From: Octopus sinensis
Lineage: Eukaryota
Assembly (NCBI RefSeq): GCF_006345805.1
Contig: NC_043005.1
Span: 42,346,001-42,410,000, forward strand
Direction of reading: 5' to 3'
DNA: 64,000 nt
Shown here: positions 61,510-64,000 of the stretch, piece after piece
Numbering within the stretch: position 1 is the first letter of the stretch
Layout of the letters: each line of letters starts with the position of its first letter
Translations under genes and position numbers: made by a program
Notes under the pieces: generated by a model
The model's input: the letters and a program-made list of their open reading frames with translations, nothing else
What the model was told of the DNA's origin: nothing
Databases searched by the model: none

Positions 61510-62667
61510 ATAATAATAATAATAATGATAATAATAATAATAATAATAATAATAAAATGCTGCTATTTAGTTGGTAAGTAAACTTCTTATTACACAGTGA
61601 TGCCCGCGCATATGTGCTGCAACTAAGGAAACCCCATTGTAAGCTTTGATACCAGCACATGTGAAAAATACTGCGATTTTTTTTTCACATTCTCGACTCT
61701 CTTCAGCTCTTTCCGGATATTGACCATGTAAGGTTGTATTCTGTTTTTCATAACATCATTTTAGCTTGATATTCTGTAGCCACTTTGGTAACTTAAGAGA
61801 CTTTAAACAGTCTATTGAATGAATTAATATCAACACCGAAATGAAGGGTGAAACATGTTAGTATCTATGACTTGACAAAACAATACACTCTAAGCAATGT
61901 CACCATCTACACATACAGTATTAAGCCTGAATGGCAACGTTATAATAAAGATATTTCCCCAGGAAAATTGACAGCATAGATCCAGAAGTAAATGTTAAAT
62001 ACTGGTAAATCTCAAATTGATGTAAATGCCAGATGCTGATCAATAAAAACATACATAAAGACGAGGGGAAGGTCGGGGGATGTTTGAACTTGGTGTCGAT
62101 TGATTATCGGAAGACGCTTTTGTAGCAGTTTAGAGGTAGATCAATCAGAATGGAGCAGACATAGGATCAAAGACACTCCAGCCATGATCATATCATCTTG
62201 TTTTCGTATCCATCGTGACATTGTTCAAAGTGTCTCTCTTATAAGGCAGAAGGGGGTGATATGAAGGAGGACTAGGTGCTACGTCTAGCAAGTTGAATGA
62301 CCACTATGAGATTTCCTCGTTAGCTCAGTGTTGGTGACACATGGATTCTGGAGATATTAACCATGGGAAATTAAGAACATATAGAAAACCTAACCATGAA
62401 TAAATGAAAGACTACTTTACAGATCCAAATAAAAGAGAAAATTGCGAAAACGAAATTGATCTTGATCATACAAACATTTTTTCGAAGGTAAATATATATC
62501 CACTGCAAAGATTGATTTGAAGTCCGGTTGGAAAACTGAGCCAAGATGATCTTGTAGCGTGGAAAATAATAAAAACATGATATTTGTCCGAGCAAAACAC
62601 AAACAGAAGGAAATTAGAGAAAAGACAGACAAATACTCAGCTATCAATAAATTAGAGAGAATATAAC

Positions 62668-63439
62668 CTTTTCTACCCTAACCACAAGGCCCGAAATTTT
62701 TGGCGAGGGGCCCAGTTGATTAGATTGACCCCAGTATGCAACTGGTACTTAATTCATCGACCATGAAAGCATGAAAGGCAAAGTCGACCTCGACGGAATT
62801 TTAACTCAGAACGTAAAGACAGACAAAATATCTATTTCTATTTCTTTACTACACACAAGGGGCTAAACACAGAGAGAACAAACAAGGACAGACAAACGGA
62901 TTAAGTCAATTATATCGACCCCAGTGCGTAACTGGTACTTATTTAATCGACCCCGAAAGGATGAAAGGCAAAGTCGACCTCGGCGGAATTTGAACTCAGA
63001 ACGTAAGGACAGACGAAATACCTATCTCTTTACTACCCACGAGGGGCTAACACAGAGAAGACAAACAAGGACAGACACACGGATTAAGTCGATTATATCA
63101 ACTCCGAAAGGATGAAAAGCAAAGTCGACCTCGGCGGAATTTCAACTCAGAACGTAGCGGCAGACGAAATACCGCTAAGCATTTCGCTCGGCGTGCTAAC
63201 GTTTCTTATTTCTCTATTGCCCACAAGGGGCTAAACATAGAGGGGACAAACAAGGACAGACAAACGGATTAAGTCGATTATATCGACTCCAGTGCGTAAC
63301 TGGTACTTATTTATTCGACCCCGAAAGGATGAAAGGCAAAGTCGACCTCGGCGGAATTTGAACTCAGAACGTAACGGCAGACGAAATGCCGCTAAGCATT
63401 TCGCCCGGCGTGCTAACGTTTCTGCCAGCTCACCGCCTT
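62668..63439 (-). mobile_element. SINE-B tetramer within a single 13-bp TSD
   Basis: Units about 62668-62831, 62832-63021, 63022-63205, 63206-63438; TSD GAG(A/T)GAATATAAC at 62655-62667 and 63440-63452. Confidence 0.9.
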
Positions 63440-63884
63440 GAGTGAATATAACGCCACACAAAAACTAAGAACATTTTAGGAAGAAATGTAGGCGCATAAG
63501 ATTAATCTATAAAACTAGTTTAAATCCCCAAATAAAGTATTAGTTAAGTAGCTAACAGATACGTTCTTTTCTAGTAATAAGAATAAGTTATAGTTATAAT
63601 ATTCTTACATGCGACCAAGGGAATTAGTAAGAACAAATAGAAAAATCACATAAAATGATAACAGCAATTAGAATTCTCCACTCCAAGATTAAAGCATTCA
63701 GATTATTTTTACTATTAAGAGTGAACGTACTGCAAGATGACTATGAAGTTTTTATAGAGTGATTACAAAAATATTTAGCAAAGAAGACAAGGAAACTGAT
63801 ACAAGTTGCTACAGAATATATGAACAGAATTTAAGTAAAAATGACTTCCATCTTCATAGAAATAACAAATATAAAACAAATATT

Positions 63885-64000
63885 AGTTTCTAATTTGGGC
63901 ACATGGTTAACGATTTTAGGGGAAGGGGTAATCCGATTACGTTGACCCCAGTACTCAACTGATATTATTTTATCGAACCCAAAAGGATGAAAGGTAAAGT
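63885..64000 (-). mobile_element. SINE-B, cut by the window edge
   Basis: GACCCCAGTACTCAACTG..TCGAACCCAAAAGGATGAAAGGTAAAGT. Confidence 0.75.

Noticed and set aside
63600-63840. Possible R4/Dong RT fragment (KMITAIR..KKTRKLIQ); a similar hint at 6010-6200
   Set aside because: Similarity is too weak to support without an HMM search.

Overview
Repeat-dense, AT-rich eukaryotic non-coding DNA. It is very probably octopus (coleoid cephalopod) intronic or intergenic sequence, inferred from the SINE families and microsatellite load rather than from a database search. No intact host protein-coding gene, rRNA, genuine tRNA gene or CRISPR array is supported; almost all supplied ORFs are microsatellite or transposon artefacts. 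The window holds roughly 45 tRNA-derived SINE units in three families (my labels A, B, C), decayed mariner, maT, hAT-type and Merlin-like DNA elements, Helitron pieces, RTE LINE fragments, and R4/Dong-like restriction-endonuclease LINE 3' ends stacked in (AAT)n tracts. The most interesting structures are: (1) SINE-B dimers and tetramers, each enclosed by one target-site duplication (TSD) and joined at two recurrent positions in the head; (2) three minimal hammerhead-ribozyme-like motifs of the Penelope type, one fused to a tRNA-like head; (3) two long near-perfect fold-back palindromes; (4) all four body/tail combinations of SINE-C; (5) a candidate 3' end of the LINE that mobilises SINE-B; (6) a MITE carrying TTAGGG repeats; (7) an essentially perfect 1012-bp tandem duplication. 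All alignments were done by eye, and coordinates of degenerate elements are approximate.
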